Source of the DNA: Lama guanicoe
Taxonomy: Eukaryota
Length of the DNA: 64,000 bases
NCBI GenBank assembly: GCA_013239625.1
Contig: MU056216.1
Coordinates: 28,643,051 to 28,707,050 of the forward strand
Direction of reading: 5' to 3'
Made by a program: the position numbers and the translations under genes. The notes under the pieces were generated by a model. That model did not search any database, had not been told where the DNA came from, and saw only the letters and a list, made by a program, of their open reading frames with translations. Below, in pieces: positions 1 through 13,176 of this stretch. Each line of letters begins with the position of its first letter. The stretch's first letter is position 1.

Positions 1-409
1 CAATGAATTTTAACTTTGTCTCGGAGGAAACTGTGTCTCTAATTTTCTGGCAAACTTGAGTAGAAAACACTGTAACTGGAGATTGGCTAGAAAACTTCGT
101 ATTATCAATTCTAAGGTGCATATTTTTGTGTTTTTTCTAATTTTTTATTTTTCTTTTTTTGTGGCTTTTCTTGTTTGATTGGTTGATTGGTATTGGGGTG
201 GGTTTTTTTTTTTCTTGCTTTTTCATTTAATTTATTTTTTTATTTTAATCTTTTTGGGGGGGTGCGCCTTTGACATTACTGACCTTGGGATATATGTCAT
301 GGTACTTGGCAGCATCTTTTTTCTATCTAAGTGATACATAAAATAATGGTGCTTATGACTGATGATGAAAACTAGTATTAATCCAAAATAAGAAAAGAGA
401 TACTGTCTA

Positions 410-531
410 GGTGAGGGTATAGCTCCATGGTAAAGCATGCATGAGATCCTGGGTTCGATCCCCAGTACCTCCATTAAGTAAATAAACAAACAAACCTAAT
501 TACCTTCCCCACCAAAAAAAAAAAAACAAAA
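410..531 (+). mobile_element. Vic-1-type tRNA-Ala-derived SINE (internal deletion)
   Basis: A/B boxes (tagctc..tgg; gggttcgatccc), AAATAAA...CCTAATTACC tail, poly(A). Confidence 0.85.
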
Positions 532-962
532 CACTTCTGAAATTCCAATTTTCACCCATGACCACTTTTCCTGTGTCTCATTCATTAGCCTGAACAAAAC
601 AAATGTGCCCTCGAGGTTGGCTCCTCCTTGGAAGCATGTCTTATTTTCTTCCCCCACTGTTGTCAGCTAGCATCCAGGGCTACCTTTACTAGCAGTCATG
701 TGACCTGTGGTGGGCACTCCTTCTCCTGAACATCTTCCTACAGGATCAGCTCCCCATGGGGTTAACAAATACCTCCTGGGGCAGACAGCATAATCTAGTG
801 AAAAGAAGATGGATTTTGGAACCAGCCAGGTAACTTTTCAGATCCTGGCTCAGCCACTTACTAGTCACTGACCTACTGAACCTTCCTTCCCTGTAAAATG
901 GAGTGTGATTTTTAGGGTAGTAGTAAGAAATGAATGCAGTCAAGCACGTGAGAGCAGTTAGC

Positions 963-1678
963 TCACACCCAATTAGATAGCTATGCTATTACCAACAAAA
1001 CTGAAAATGTGTTGGTGAACATGTGGAGAAATTACAACTCTTGTGCATTGCTAGTGAGAAGGCAAAATGCTGCAGCCTCTGTAGAAAATAGTATGGCAGG
1101 TCCTTTAAAAATGAAGCATGGAATTACCATATAATTCAGCAATTCCATTTCTGCGTATATTTCCAAAAGAATTGAAAGCAGGGACTCGAACAGATTTTGT
1201 ACATCAATATAACACTGCAGCATTATTCATAGTAACCAAAAAATGGAAACAACCCAAGTGCCCACTGACGGATGAGTGGATAAACAAAAATGTGTTACAT
1301 CCATATCACAGAATATTATTTAGCTTTAAAAAGGAGGGAAATTCTGATACATGCCACAACATGGAATGACCCTTGAAAACATTATGCTAAGTGAGATAAG
1401 TCAGTTGCAAAAGGGCAAATACAACATGATTCTACTTTGATTAGGAACCCAGCAAATTCACAGAGACAGAAAGGAGAATAGAGGTTACCAGGTACTGGGG
1501 ATAGGAGAGAATGAGTAGTTATTGTTTAATGGGCATGGAGTTTCAATTTGGGGTGATGAAGAAGGTCTGGAGATGGACAGGGGTGCTGGTTGTATAGCAG
1601 TGTGAATGTACTTAATGCTACTGTATTGTACACTTAAAAATGGTTAAAGGGTCAATTTTCTGTTATGTGTATTTTACA
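963..1678 (+). mobile_element. Old L1 (L1MB-like) ORF2 C-terminus and 3'UTR
   Basis: ORF 1118..1369 ELPYNSAIP...KKWKQPKCP.TDEWINK matches the L1 ORF2 C-terminus; typical L1MB-type 3' end. Confidence 0.85.
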
Positions 1679-2289
1679 CCCCCCCCCACAAACCCAGCTA
1701 CACAGTGCCTGACTTCTTCTATGCATTCATCAAATGCTAGTTCCCTCCCAGTTTTTGTGAGTGAATTTGCATCTTTGGATCATCCACTGTTTTGTTTCGT
1801 TGAATAACGCACATGTGAAACAGTGCACAGCATCCAGAAGGAGCTTCTGTAAAGCTCACTTGTGAAGTGACAAACCCTGGGGTGCCTCGAGTCCTGTACA
1901 TTTTCATGTCTTTCTACCTTTAAGTTGCTAATTCTGTCCTCTCCTCAGTAGAACAGTTTTCCAGAACATCACGTCTAGAGCTTTATGGTAGAATAATGCT
2001 TCATAATTATAGGGAAACAGCAGGCAATTTTTCACAGGGAACGGACATCATCTTCTTACAAGTTTCTTGTTTGACTAAGAGATGAACTTTGAGAGACTTG
2101 ATATTTCCAAAGTTCTTTCTGGCCAAGGAGCTCAAGTGACTGCACCAGTGTCCCCAGGGAACAGGAGTCACCTCTTCCTTTCCAAGCAGCCTTCTTAGGC
2201 TTTAGGAGTCGAGGATGGTAATTATGACAAATCCCATTAGTTAAATATTTCTTCCAGAAAATCTGGAATTCAGAGTTAATAGGCTCAGA

Positions 2290-3027
2290 TCATTCAAAAG
2301 TCCACAAATGACAAACGCTGGAGAGGTTGTGGAGAAAAGAGAACCCTCCTTCACTGCTGGTGGGAATGCAGTCTGGTGCATTCCTCAAAAGACTAGGAAT
2401 AGACTTACCATATGATCCAGGAATCCCGCTCCTGGGCATATATCCAGAAGGAACTCTTCTTCAAAATGNNNNNNNNNNNNNNNNNNNNNNNNNNNNNNNN
2501 NNNNNNNNNNNNNNNNNNNNNNNNNNNNNNNNNNNNNNNNNNNNNNNNNNNNNNNNNNNNNNNNNNNNNNNNNNNNNNNNNNNNNNNNNNNNNNNNNNNN
2601 NNNNNNNNNNNNNNNNNNNNCCATTTGCCGCAACATGGATGTTCCTGGAAAATGTCATTCTAAGTGAAGTAAGCCAGAAAGAAAAAGAAAAATACCATAT
2701 GAGATCGCTCATATGTGGAATCTTAAAAAAAAAAAAACAAAAAAAAAACCAGAAACAGACTCATAGACATAGAATACAAACTTGTGGTTGCCAAGGGTGG
2801 GGGGAAGAGATAAACTGGGAGTTCAAAATTTGTAGATACTGTGTAGAATAGATAAACAAGATTATACTGTATAGCACAGGGAAATATATACAAGATCTTG
2901 TGGTGGCTCACAGAGAAAAAATGTGACAATGAATATATGTATGTTCATGTATAACTGAAAAATTGTGCTCCACACTGGAATTTGACACAACATTGTAAAA
3001 TGACTATAACTCAATAAAAAATGTTTA

Positions 3028-3070
<43 letters not shown>

Positions 3071-3078
3071 GTAAAAAA
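2290..3078 (+). mobile_element. Young 5'-truncated lineage-specific L1 with (TAAA)n tail; contains N-run 2469-2620
   Basis: ORF2 C-terminal peptides (DLPYDPGIPLLGIYP, PFAATW); perfect 19-bp TSD CAGAGTTAATAGGCTCAGA at 2271-2289 and 3079-3097. Confidence 0.93.
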
Positions 3079-5574
3079 CAGAGTTAATAGGCTCAGACAT
3101 TTAAGGGGGAATTCCATTTAAGTGCTAGTTTGCATTTCCATTAGGTAAATAAAAAATAGAGTGATGTGTGCTTTGTGGGAATGCTGGAGCCTGTAGCTTA
3201 AAGATCATTATTACAACAGGCAGGAGGTAGATGCTCTTTTATTTATTGAGATTCTCTTTATTCTCCCCTCTTCTTCTTCCCATCATTTCTTCTCAGAATG
3301 TGCCATTGAAGAGATTTCCTTCAACTCCCATCTTGGGCCCATTGCTTGGAATCCGCCTCAGCGGCCAGCAGCCATGGCCATTCTTGGGTCCCTGGCAGTG
3401 GACCAGGGTGTGGGTGCTCCCAGGCCCGAGGCATCAGAGGCGTAGTCACCGTGGCCTCCCTCCACCCATCAGGAGCAAGCAGGCTGGTGAGTCAGGTGGA
3501 ATTTCCTTTTGTGGATAATTAATGAGGGGAAAGGATTACGATTCCAGTTCTCCACGTCAGTGCACATCCTTTTCATTTTAACAACTGAAATAAGGATTGG
3601 GAATTTTCATAATATACAGTCTTAAGAGTAGAAGGGACTTCTAATTTTTTAGAAACATTTTTGTTAAAGTGTAAATATACATACAGAAAAATGTACATTG
3701 TATAAGTGTGTGGTCCAAAATTTTTCACAGATGGAGGAGACTCGTACAGCCAGCACCCAGATCTAGAAACAGGTTGTTACTGGCCCCCAAAGTCCCCTTT
3801 GTTTTCCCAGAAGGGCCTCTGAGAAGTTATTTTGTACATTGGTCTGCCTGTAAGTAGGTCCCTGTCTAAATCCACCTACACTAATAGGCAGGTGCGCTCC
3901 TTTTTTGTTTTTTTCTATGTAAATAGAACCACACCTAATTCATTTTAGAAAATGCAAAAATGTTACCATATCCTATGTGCCTTTTCATGGTAGCAGAAAG
4001 TTTCTTCTCTTGCTTGGCTCTCCCCTCCCCTCCCCTCCTCCCTGTGGTTATGGTCATCTCCCCACTCTGCACACAGCCTCCTAATTACTTTCCTGGACAA
4101 GAGTTAGAACAGTTTTGAGCCACCCCAGAAGTTGCTCTTTGTGCCTCATCCCCATCAAACATTTGTCCTGCCTTTCTGTATGAACCCTACCCCTGGGTAA
4201 CCGCAGAACAGATGCAGGAAAGCATCTTTTTTATCAAAGAGTTCCAATGAATACATTTTGAAAAAGAAATATTTCTGTTTGGGATGATACAAAAGTTCTA
4301 GAAATAGAGAGTGGTTTTGGTTGTACAACACTGTGAGAGTGCTTAATGCCACTGAGTTGTACATTTAAAAGTGGTTAAAATGATCAACTTCATCTATGAC
4401 TATTTTTAGCATCATAAAAAAAGAAATAATAGAATTAAAATATTACCATTTTGCAGCCCTCAAATTAATCTTATTCCATCTCAGCCCTGCCCTTTCTTCA
4501 AAGTAACCACTGTCCTGATTTTATAGTGATCACTTCCTACATTTTTTAAATAGCTTTATCAGCTAAATGGCATCCTCAGACATAATAGTTTAGTCTTGCC
4601 TTTTTAAAAAAAAAATTTGTTGGGTTTTCTAAGTTTCTTTTTGGTCTATAGGTTCCCCTCCATTCCTTTATTTCCCTCTAGTTCATCTGATGAGAATTCA
4701 GATCATTTGACCTTTTTTCCTTCTATAATAAATTCTCAAGTTGATCTTTCATTTTCACGAATTCTGTTCTTGACTATATCAATTTTATCATTTATCCCAT
4801 TAATTCTGTCCTTCATTTCAATACCATACTTTTCACTCTGGTTTCTTCACTTGAAGTGAACTGCGTGCGTGGTTTCTGGTTTTTGTTGGGGGTTGGAGGG
4901 AGGGGGTGTTGAAGAGATAAATGAGAGAAGATACACCCTAGGGGGGAAAGTTCCAGACACAGAGGACTACAGAATCAAGATCAGGGCATTCCCTTAATTC
5001 TCTCAGGTAGAGTACTGGAAGTTTTAGGGAAAAGCTTCCCTTAGAATAGAGTCCCAAAAAGAGAAAAAAATATAAATAAACAAAACAAAAATAAATAAAT
5101 AAATAAATAACCAAAAAACAAAAAAATTTAAGAAAATAAACAACAACAACAACAAAAAGAACCCACAAAAAAGAACAACAACAAAAGAATAGAATCCCCA
5201 GTCCTCTCCCTGAAGGGGAGGGTGGGGAAGTGAACCCCTGGGTCTGGTCAGTCCCACCTGTTTGCAGTGTTTCACCCACGCACGCCTCTTGCCCTGCACC
5301 AGTTTTCCTCCGGAATCTGAGGAGCCCTGCATCTGACTCACCTGGTGAGGAGGCAAAGCATCAGCTGCCTCAAGCAGCAGTAGGACCAGACTCCTCCCAC
5401 CGCCACCCTCTCCCCCCTGTTCCCTCTCTCCCCTCTCTGGGTAATGCTGGGGAGGGAGTCAGGGGTCCTGAGCTCTTTCAGCACAGAGGGACAAATGGGA
5501 AGCAGAATGTCCCACTTGAGACAAATTCACAGTTGATTTGTGTTATACTGGTTATTTTTTGTTTGTTTGCTATG

Positions 5575-5745
5575 TCCTTAATATTCAAAGTGTGGCTCGT
5601 TTGCCAGCCATCTGAGCATCGCCTGGGAGCTTGTTAGAAAAGTAGAATCTCTGAGCCCACTGGAGACCTCCCAAATCAGAAGCTGCATTTTCAAGGTCCC
5701 CAGGTGATTCATATGCTTGTTAAACTTTGAGAAACCAATTCTACA
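5575..5745. mobile_element. MER5A-like hAT DNA transposon relic
   Basis: caaagtgtgg...cctgggagcttgttagaaa...aatcagaa.ctgcatttt.aaggtccccaggtgattcatatgc...tttgagaaacc. Confidence 0.75.
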
Positions 5746-6569
5746 GTAAAATATATGTTTATAATTAAGAAAATGATAGATTTTTTAAAACCAGTAGACT
5801 TCCCCAATGACTTATTTACCCTACTTCTGAGCTGTCGGGCTAGAAGCTGGAGACCTCTCTGCATAGAATTGTCCCTCCCTGTATGATTGTTGGGTGTCAG
5901 GGTGAAAATTTATCTTTTCTTTTTTCCTACAATGGAGACAAAAACTTCCAGAACATTTAAGGCAGCAACTCTCAAGCATACGAAAGGGATGTGAAAGAGA
6001 AAATATTAATTAGCCTATTATTAATGATTAAATTATTATTATCATGAGATTATGGGGCTGAAATGATTGCTAAAATCATCATGCTTTCTGAGGGGAGAGA
6101 ATAAAAGAAAGAGAAGTGGGTGAAATCAGGGAGGGTGGCAGGAAAAGATAAAAAAAAAAAGGGAAAAACCACTGTAGGAAATGGCCACAAGACTATGACT
6201 AATAATGCCTTAGCCCCACCCATTCTGAGTGGAATGCCTCTCCCAAAGGTTCGTGGGCACCTGCACCTGAGCTGGCACCCTGTCCACTCCTCCGTGTGTC
6301 CCTGTGATCCCAAGGAGTTATGGGAAAGTGTCGGGACGTCTTTCTGTTTCAGGGTGTACACACTACTTCCTAGTGTAGAGTGATGGATGGACTTAGACAA
6401 AACTATGAGCTCCCTACAGGCTAGCCTGGACTTGACACTGACTCGTCACGTGTAAGGAAATGTGTAAGGAAACAGGAAGGAGGTGTCTCTTCCTTTTTCA
6501 GAGGACCGTGAGTCCTAGGCTGCTTGGGTCTTGTAATTTCGGCCTTTCTATTGCCTCTTCTCAAGTATT

Positions 6570-7740
6570 CTCTCCTTCTCTCTCTTTTCAGCCACCCACT
6601 TCTTTTCTCAGATCTAACCTCCAAATGTTTGAGTTTCTGAAAGGTTTGGTCCTTGGAACTCTTCTCTCCTTAGGGAGTAGCATTCATTTCTAAATAGAAC
6701 TAATTATGCTCAAAACAACACGCTTCCATTTCTAGCCTAGAGGTCTCCTCTGAATTTCAGAATGAGGTAAATGAAGAGTTCACTTTTACACACCTTAAGT
6801 TTGAGATGCCTGTGGTTTTTTTCCAAGAGCCTGCTTGATTTTTCACTTACTATATCACTGGCATCTCCAAACTGAACTCTTCTCTCTCCTAAACGTACCC
6901 CTGCTTCCATCTCAGTCAATGGTCTATAAGCCAGTTTCCTGGGCTTGGGCACCATCTTTCACAGCTTCCCCTCCAGCACCCCACACCTAGTCTGTCCCCA
7001 GTCCTGTCCCTTCTGTATTAAATCCTTTTCCTTCTTCTGCACGGCTGCCCCCTTGTCTGAGCCACCTTCATTCCTGCCTGAACAACTGAACGTGTCTTCC
7101 ATCTCGTCCTCCTCCCACTCTCCCCTCCCCATCATCTATTATCCATTTAGCACGATCTTGGTAAAACAAGAGAAATGCTCAAAACCCCTGCTTAAAAGTT
7201 TATGAAGGTAGAATAAAACTCTAGCAACTTATCAATGCCCGAAACACAGTGTACAGTACTGAGACTGGGCTGTACTCCGGGGTTTAAATCCTAGGTTGGC
7301 TATCTAGGATCTCCAGAAGTAGCCACCTCATCTCAATTCACACCCCCTCCCCACCCCTTTACTCAGGAAGTTCCTGCCTTCCTTGAGTGCCTCAGGTTAG
7401 AACTCCTTAAGCCGTCTGGAATCCCCTCCCTGCCTCCCGTGGCTCCTTCCTTCTCAAATTTCAAATCTTAGCTTCAAGTCGACTCCAGACAGGGGCCTTC
7501 CTTGACCGGCCTTCGTAGAATAAGGCTCTCAAAGCTCAGTTCTTTCCCTCAGAACACCCACACCATTTGTAAATAGGTATTTATGTTTGTTTACTTGCTT
7601 AACACCTGTCTCCATCACTAGACTATAAACTCCACGAGGAGAGAGGTTTTTGGTCTTATTCTGTGCCAGAAGAGTGCTTGGTATTTACGAGACATTCAAT
7701 ACAATACTTGAAAGAAAATGAACTGAGTAAATGAATCAAG
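6570..7740 (+). mobile_element. L2 relic (fragments, 3' end near 7740)
   Basis: Pyrimidine-rich L2-type motifs and the terminal gactataaactcc...aatgaat pattern. Confidence 0.6.
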
Positions 7741-8069
7741 TTTGGGCCACTAGGGAAGCAACTCTACCCAGTGGTGCCCAAAACTACTGAATAAGCCATG
7801 TGTGTACCCGCCTTCCCCCAACCGCGCGAAATGTGTGTGGCTAGTACCGTTGTAACTAAAAGCAAATTCTTAATTCATTTATTTATTCAAGAATAGAACA
7901 GGATCATTAAGCATTTTATCAGTCAGCAGGTATTAGTGTACTCACATCCACATCACGGTGGGGAACTACGTGACATTTTGTGACATTGCAAAAGGACTGG
8001 GGTGCAGTGCTTGACGCCCCTGTACACATCCCCCTGAAGGGAATTGGTTGCGCCTTGGTTTTTACTGCG

Positions 8070-8088
8070 TGTCCAGCAGAGGGCGCTG
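8070..8088 (+). promoter_or_regulatory. Candidate CTCF site
   Basis: TGTCCAGCAGAGGGCGCTG closely matches the CTCF core CCASYAGRKGGCRS; sits in a small CpG-retaining patch. Confidence 0.7.
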
Positions 8089-9412
8089 CGGAGACACGGC
8101 TGCCGCGGGTGCAGGCGCAGCCCCTCAGGGAGAGGCGGGGCGAGAGGAGACTGACTTTCTAAGTGATTACAGCGAGAAGTGTTCGCAAGTTCTCGGGAGG
8201 CTTTGCAACTTCTAGGCGGTTTCCGAATCCGACTGAAGAGCTTTTGAAAAATACTAATTTCTGGATGGCCCCCAAAGATTCTGGTTCAGCAGGACCTGGG
8301 CGGGCTCTGGACTCTCTTGAAGATGTTTCTTCTGATTTCGATGGTGAAGAGATTTGGGACCCATTGGTGGGAATTCCCTAGGGCCAACTCCGGGAGTAGA
8401 AGGGGTGAGGAGGAGACAAACCCTGTTTCCACGCTCAGCTTTTTAGCTGTGAACTTTCTGAGCACTCCAACCCCCTTGTAAAATGAAGTTAGTAAATATT
8501 GAGCTATAATGCCTACCTTGTAAGGTTATTTAAGGACAAAAGGATAGCCAGGTGTAAAGCTGCTAATAATACATGTTCAAAGTGAGGTAGTATCTGCTCT
8601 GAATCAAAGGCAGAAGAGGCGTTCTGGTACCTCTCCTGGGTCTTTCGATCCGTAGGGAGAAGCAGACTGTCCAATCTAATCATTTGGAAGCTAGCTACAG
8701 TATTTAGTCCTGGAACCTCCAGGCTGCCTCTGTCTTGTACTGTATTTAGGACAGGAGGCAGGCAACAAAAACCATAAAAGGAGATAAAGGACTAAATTTC
8801 CGTAAGTTAGAAGGGATCTTATGCAGCATTTAGTGAACACTTGTTTTTCTCAGACGGGGAAAACATTGTTCAGAGAAGTTAAAAGACTTGTCCGAGATCA
8901 CACAGCTGGGTAGCACAAAGCCTGGGCCAGTGCTCTCACCAGCACTCAGTGCTGCCTCTGGAAGGTTTGTGGTGAATCTCTTTGGGTCTTGTCCTTGTCC
9001 TCCAGAGAAGAGAACTCAATGCTTCCTACATTTCTATTTCAGGAATAACAACATGGGGTCATTATTACTGCCTTACCCAACAGATCGCAGGGATGATAGT
9101 AATAGTAATAATAACAAATGACATTGTTAAGTTGCCTGGCACTCTCCGAAAGTTTAGGCACATTGTCTCATGTAATTCTCACCTTACCCTGTTCATGCAT
9201 GCATCAAACATTAAGTCTTCAAAGGGTTCCAGGCATCCACTGGGGATACAGCAGTGAAGCCAACCAGCTCCCTGCTCTCATGCAGCCTGCATTCTGCTGA
9301 GAACTGAGAGAGACTGACAATCACCCAAATAAAATGATTTCAGAGAGTGTTAAGAGCTTTGAGAAAAACAGAACACAGTGGTGAGATGGAAAGTGATCGG
9401 GAACAAGGGAAC

Positions 9413-10015
9413 TGAAACTGAGCAGGACCCTGTGGGGCTCTCCCAGGTACCAAGCCCCTCTGGGGCCCCCTTTCCCTCCACTTTTTTGTTCGTAGAAAAA
9501 GGCTTTAGTCTCCTAGGCCTTCCCTGAGTTCCAAAGAGCAGACTGAAGCAGTTAGTACTCAGGGAAGTGAGGAATGCGGAAACAAAGGGAAAGCAGTCAA
9601 GAAACAATAGTTCAGCAATGAAACCAACCCTAGTTCCTCCTCAAGGGATGTACATAACAATTTGATACTTATCTTTGAGTTGTTCTAAAGCCCCCACTCT
9701 CGAGATGGAGATGGTAACTCTAAGTGGAGACCCCCAACCTGGTCGGAACCAGAAGGTTAATTTTAATTCCTAGAACACCACCCAGTTGCCTCACCACCAA
9801 CCGATCAGAAGAAAGTCAGACATCCTGCAGCCCTCACCCCAATTTTGCCTTACAAACTTTCCCCTGAAACCCACTGAGGAGTGTAGGCTTCTTGAGCTCA
9901 AGGCGCCCTTCTCCTTGCTCGGCCCTGCACTAAACCTTTCTCTGCTCCCAACTCCGATGTTTCGGTTTGTCTGGCCTCACTATGTGTCAGGCACAGGGAC
10001 TTGGGTTTGATTACA
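9413..10015 (+). mobile_element. ERV1-class solo LTR (603 bp) inserted into an L2
   Basis: TG...CA termini; 4-bp TSD GAAC (9409-9412, 10016-10019). Confidence 0.85.
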
Positions 10016-11774
10016 GAACCAAAGGCTTGTGGATCCAGAAAGTCCTCTCCAAGGAGGTGACATCTGAGCAGAGGCCTGGACATGGAGAAAGAGGTCTTAA
10101 CCTGGGAATAGAGCTTTCCAGGCAGTGAACTAAGCAAGTCATCAGGAGCCCACCAGTGGGTTTGGTGTTTTCAAAGAAGTGGGAGGAGGCTGATGAGCAG
10201 GAACAAAGGCCGAAAACAGCAGGAGGGGAGATGCACCTGGAGAAGGCAGGGAGGGCGGTCCCAGGCTTGTCCAGCCTGCCGGTCCAGCTCCTGCCCCAGG
10301 ACTTATCCTGAAGGTAGCTATTTCCCCTCCCTTGGAAAAAATGTCAGTGCGGCAGGGAGGGCTTTGGGGGAGGGGCAAGGGGGAGGCTCTTGGAAAATAG
10401 TTGCATGACTTTAAGGGGTGAGTGTTATTTAACTCACTTCACACCCGAGGCCCTGAGCCAGGGCAGGTGGAATGGCGGATTCCATCTCTGTCTCCTTCCA
10501 AACCAGGCCTCTCGTTTTCCTGCATCCATTCCTGTATGTGTACATGCGGCTTACCTTCCAGTTAACCCTGGTCCTGCCCTCCCCAGGTGTTGCTGGGCCC
10601 CACTCCTCTCCAAGTCTCTCTGAGCTCAGGGCTGCACTCTCAAGGCGACTCTTGTAGTGCGTTCTCAGGCCCCTGTTCCTCTTGGAATTAAACCCACTTC
10701 TTTTTGTGTAACTGTCCATCACTAGTCTGTGCTGAGCCCTTTTCTCCTCTCTGTTCATTAAGTGACCCCACCTGGCTTCCAGGTTTTCTCTGGGCTTACG
10801 CTTCTCCTTGAAGGCTTCCCCCGGGGATGGGGGGGAAGTGGGCGTCCTGAGAAGTATATCCAGTGTCATTCGCTAATTAGGATTGTATTTCACTCTGGAT
10901 TTACAGGTAAATGCCTTCAGCTTTGGGTTTCTAAAGGAAAGAAAAGCAGACACTTCCCTCTGGGACTTGGTTGAGAGGTCATTTCCCTCCCATAGCTCCC
11001 TACACACAGCCTGGGAAAGAACTCACTCATTCAACCACACATTTACACAAGCCCTACAACATGCCAAGCCTGGGGACTCGAATTCAGTTTTGAGCTTCAG
11101 GGAGCCACAGCCGAATAATAATGTCAGGCACAGTCTGCACCGATGTTCCCATGGGTTCCCTCATTCAGTCTTCACAATCACCCTTGGAGGCAGGTGGGGT
11201 GTGTGGGTACCATGGTCTCCTTCTGTGTGTTGTCCAAGGTCACACAGCTGATTCCTGGAAGAATTGGGCCAACCCAGGCCTCTCAAGTCCGTTTTTTTAT
11301 TCTTCTGGAATCTTAATCCTTTTGACTTTAGAATGGGTGAATACAGAACAGGGCTATTTTACAAACTGTTTCATTAATTATTACATCATGTTTACATGAG
11401 AATGACGGAAGGAATCCTTTTCTGCATGACCACTGCTGGGATTGGGACTCTTCAGGTAGAGGAGTCCTGTTTTCATACCACCTGGGAGAACTTCCTGGGA
11501 GACGGGCAGAGAGTGAGGGGAAGTGAACCTGCGTTGTCAAAAGGCCTCCAAGCACCCTGAACAGAGTTCAGGTAATAGCCAGGTAACCTCTATCAGACTG
11601 ACTCTCCCAGAGGTGATAGCCATAAATCCTGGGAGGTAGAAAAACTACCTGATGGCACTGAGCATGCACAAAAGCAAGAAGATTCTGGAGGGGAAGCAAC
11701 ACACAGAAGACGGGACTGGCACCGAGTACATTTCCTGTTTCTAGGGCTTTTCTCCCGAGAACAAACAGCTAACC

Positions 11775-12360
11775 TATGGCAGTGGGAATCCCAGAAGGAG
11801 AGGAGGGGAAATGGGACAGGAAAAATGTTTGGAGAATTTATGGTTGACACTTTCCCAAATTTGATGAAAGACATTTACAGATACAAGAAGATCTGTGAAA
11901 CAGCAGAATAAATACCAAGTAAACCATGCCTAGGCACATCATAGTCAAACTGCAAAAAAAAAAAAACCTCCCAAAAATCAACATTTTGAAAGCAGCCAGG
12001 GCCAGGTGTCACTTAACACACTGCAGAGTAATAATTCAAAAGTTCTGACTTCTCATTAGAAACAACGGAGGCCAGGAAACAGTGGAACAACATCTTCAAA
12101 GTGCCGAAAGAAAAAAAAAAAAAGGAAAAAAAACCTCTGTCGACCCAGAATTCTGTATCCAGAGAAATGAATGTTCCAGAATGAAGATGAAATGAAGGCA
12201 TTTTCAGATAAAAGGAAACGAAGAGTATCTCTCACCAGCAGACCTATAGTGCAAGAAATGCTAATGGCAGTTCTCAGGCTGAAAGGAGATGGTGCCGGAC
12301 GGGAGCTTGGGCCTTCAGAAGCAAACAGACAGCATCCAGAACGGTGACATGCAGGTAGGC
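11775..12360 (+). mobile_element. Old L1 ORF1 3' fragment
   Basis: ttcccaaatttgatgaaagaca, cctaggcacatcatagtcaaactg, gacttctca..agaaacaa.ggaggccag, ccagaattct.tatcca motifs. Confidence 0.8.
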
Positions 12361-13176
12361 AGAAACGTCCTTGGCCGTCTGCTGCACGGGTAAGGATTCT
12401 GATTTGCTCATTGCTGTACGCACTGTGCCTCGTGCAGTACCTGGCATATCAATAAAGTGAATATATGTCAACAGAATGGAAGAGCACACATCATCTGTCT
12501 GAAAGAATATATTTTTTGAAAGTACAACCAAGTGGATGCCTCAAAACTAGGCTGTCAGCACAAGTTTTGTCCCATTCTACATATTTAAATTGGTTTAAAT
12601 AAGAGTAAGACTTTGCGAGGATGAAGCACTGAGAAAATGAGAGGTGGACAGTTGGGTAGTCTCATCTGCATTCTACTCCTTTTCTTGGTGCCTAGTGAAT
12701 TTCCTGTACGTCATCCAAACAGGTCATAAAGGAGATTACATATGACATCGCTGTGTGCATTAAACTCCAATTTCTAATTAAAAACCATGGGAAGTTACTG
12801 CTTCAGAACCAGACGGGCCTAGCCAGCACAAAAGGAAGTGACGTTGGATAAAATAAGCGTCCCACCTAGATAAAGTCAGGGCATGTGACGTCCACATTGG
12901 TCAGATTATTTAGTTAATTGCCAGATGTCTATTTCATGTTGTGACAGCCAAAGACAACTGACCCCTCAAAGGCCTCATTTATTTAAACAGTGAGAGGATG
13001 GGGTAGAACATCTGTCCAAATTCATGATGAATTGTTATCAACTTGACTTTTCATTTAAAAAGGAAACAGGGGCCTGATACTCTGGTAGAAACTTACTGCT
13101 GAAAACTCTCTGAGAGGTAACTGGTTTGTCACACTTGGAGGTGAATAACCACTGGATGCAAAAGGCCCATGTATGC

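Noticed and set aside
2327-2851. 174-aa ORF and other ORFs spanning Ns
   Set aside because: These are an L1 ORF2 C-terminal relic and artefacts of translating through N-runs.
10420-11765. Two possible old LTR relics (about 10420-10870 and 11400-11765)
   Set aside because: They have LTR-like texture, but I could not confirm family, termini or TSDs.
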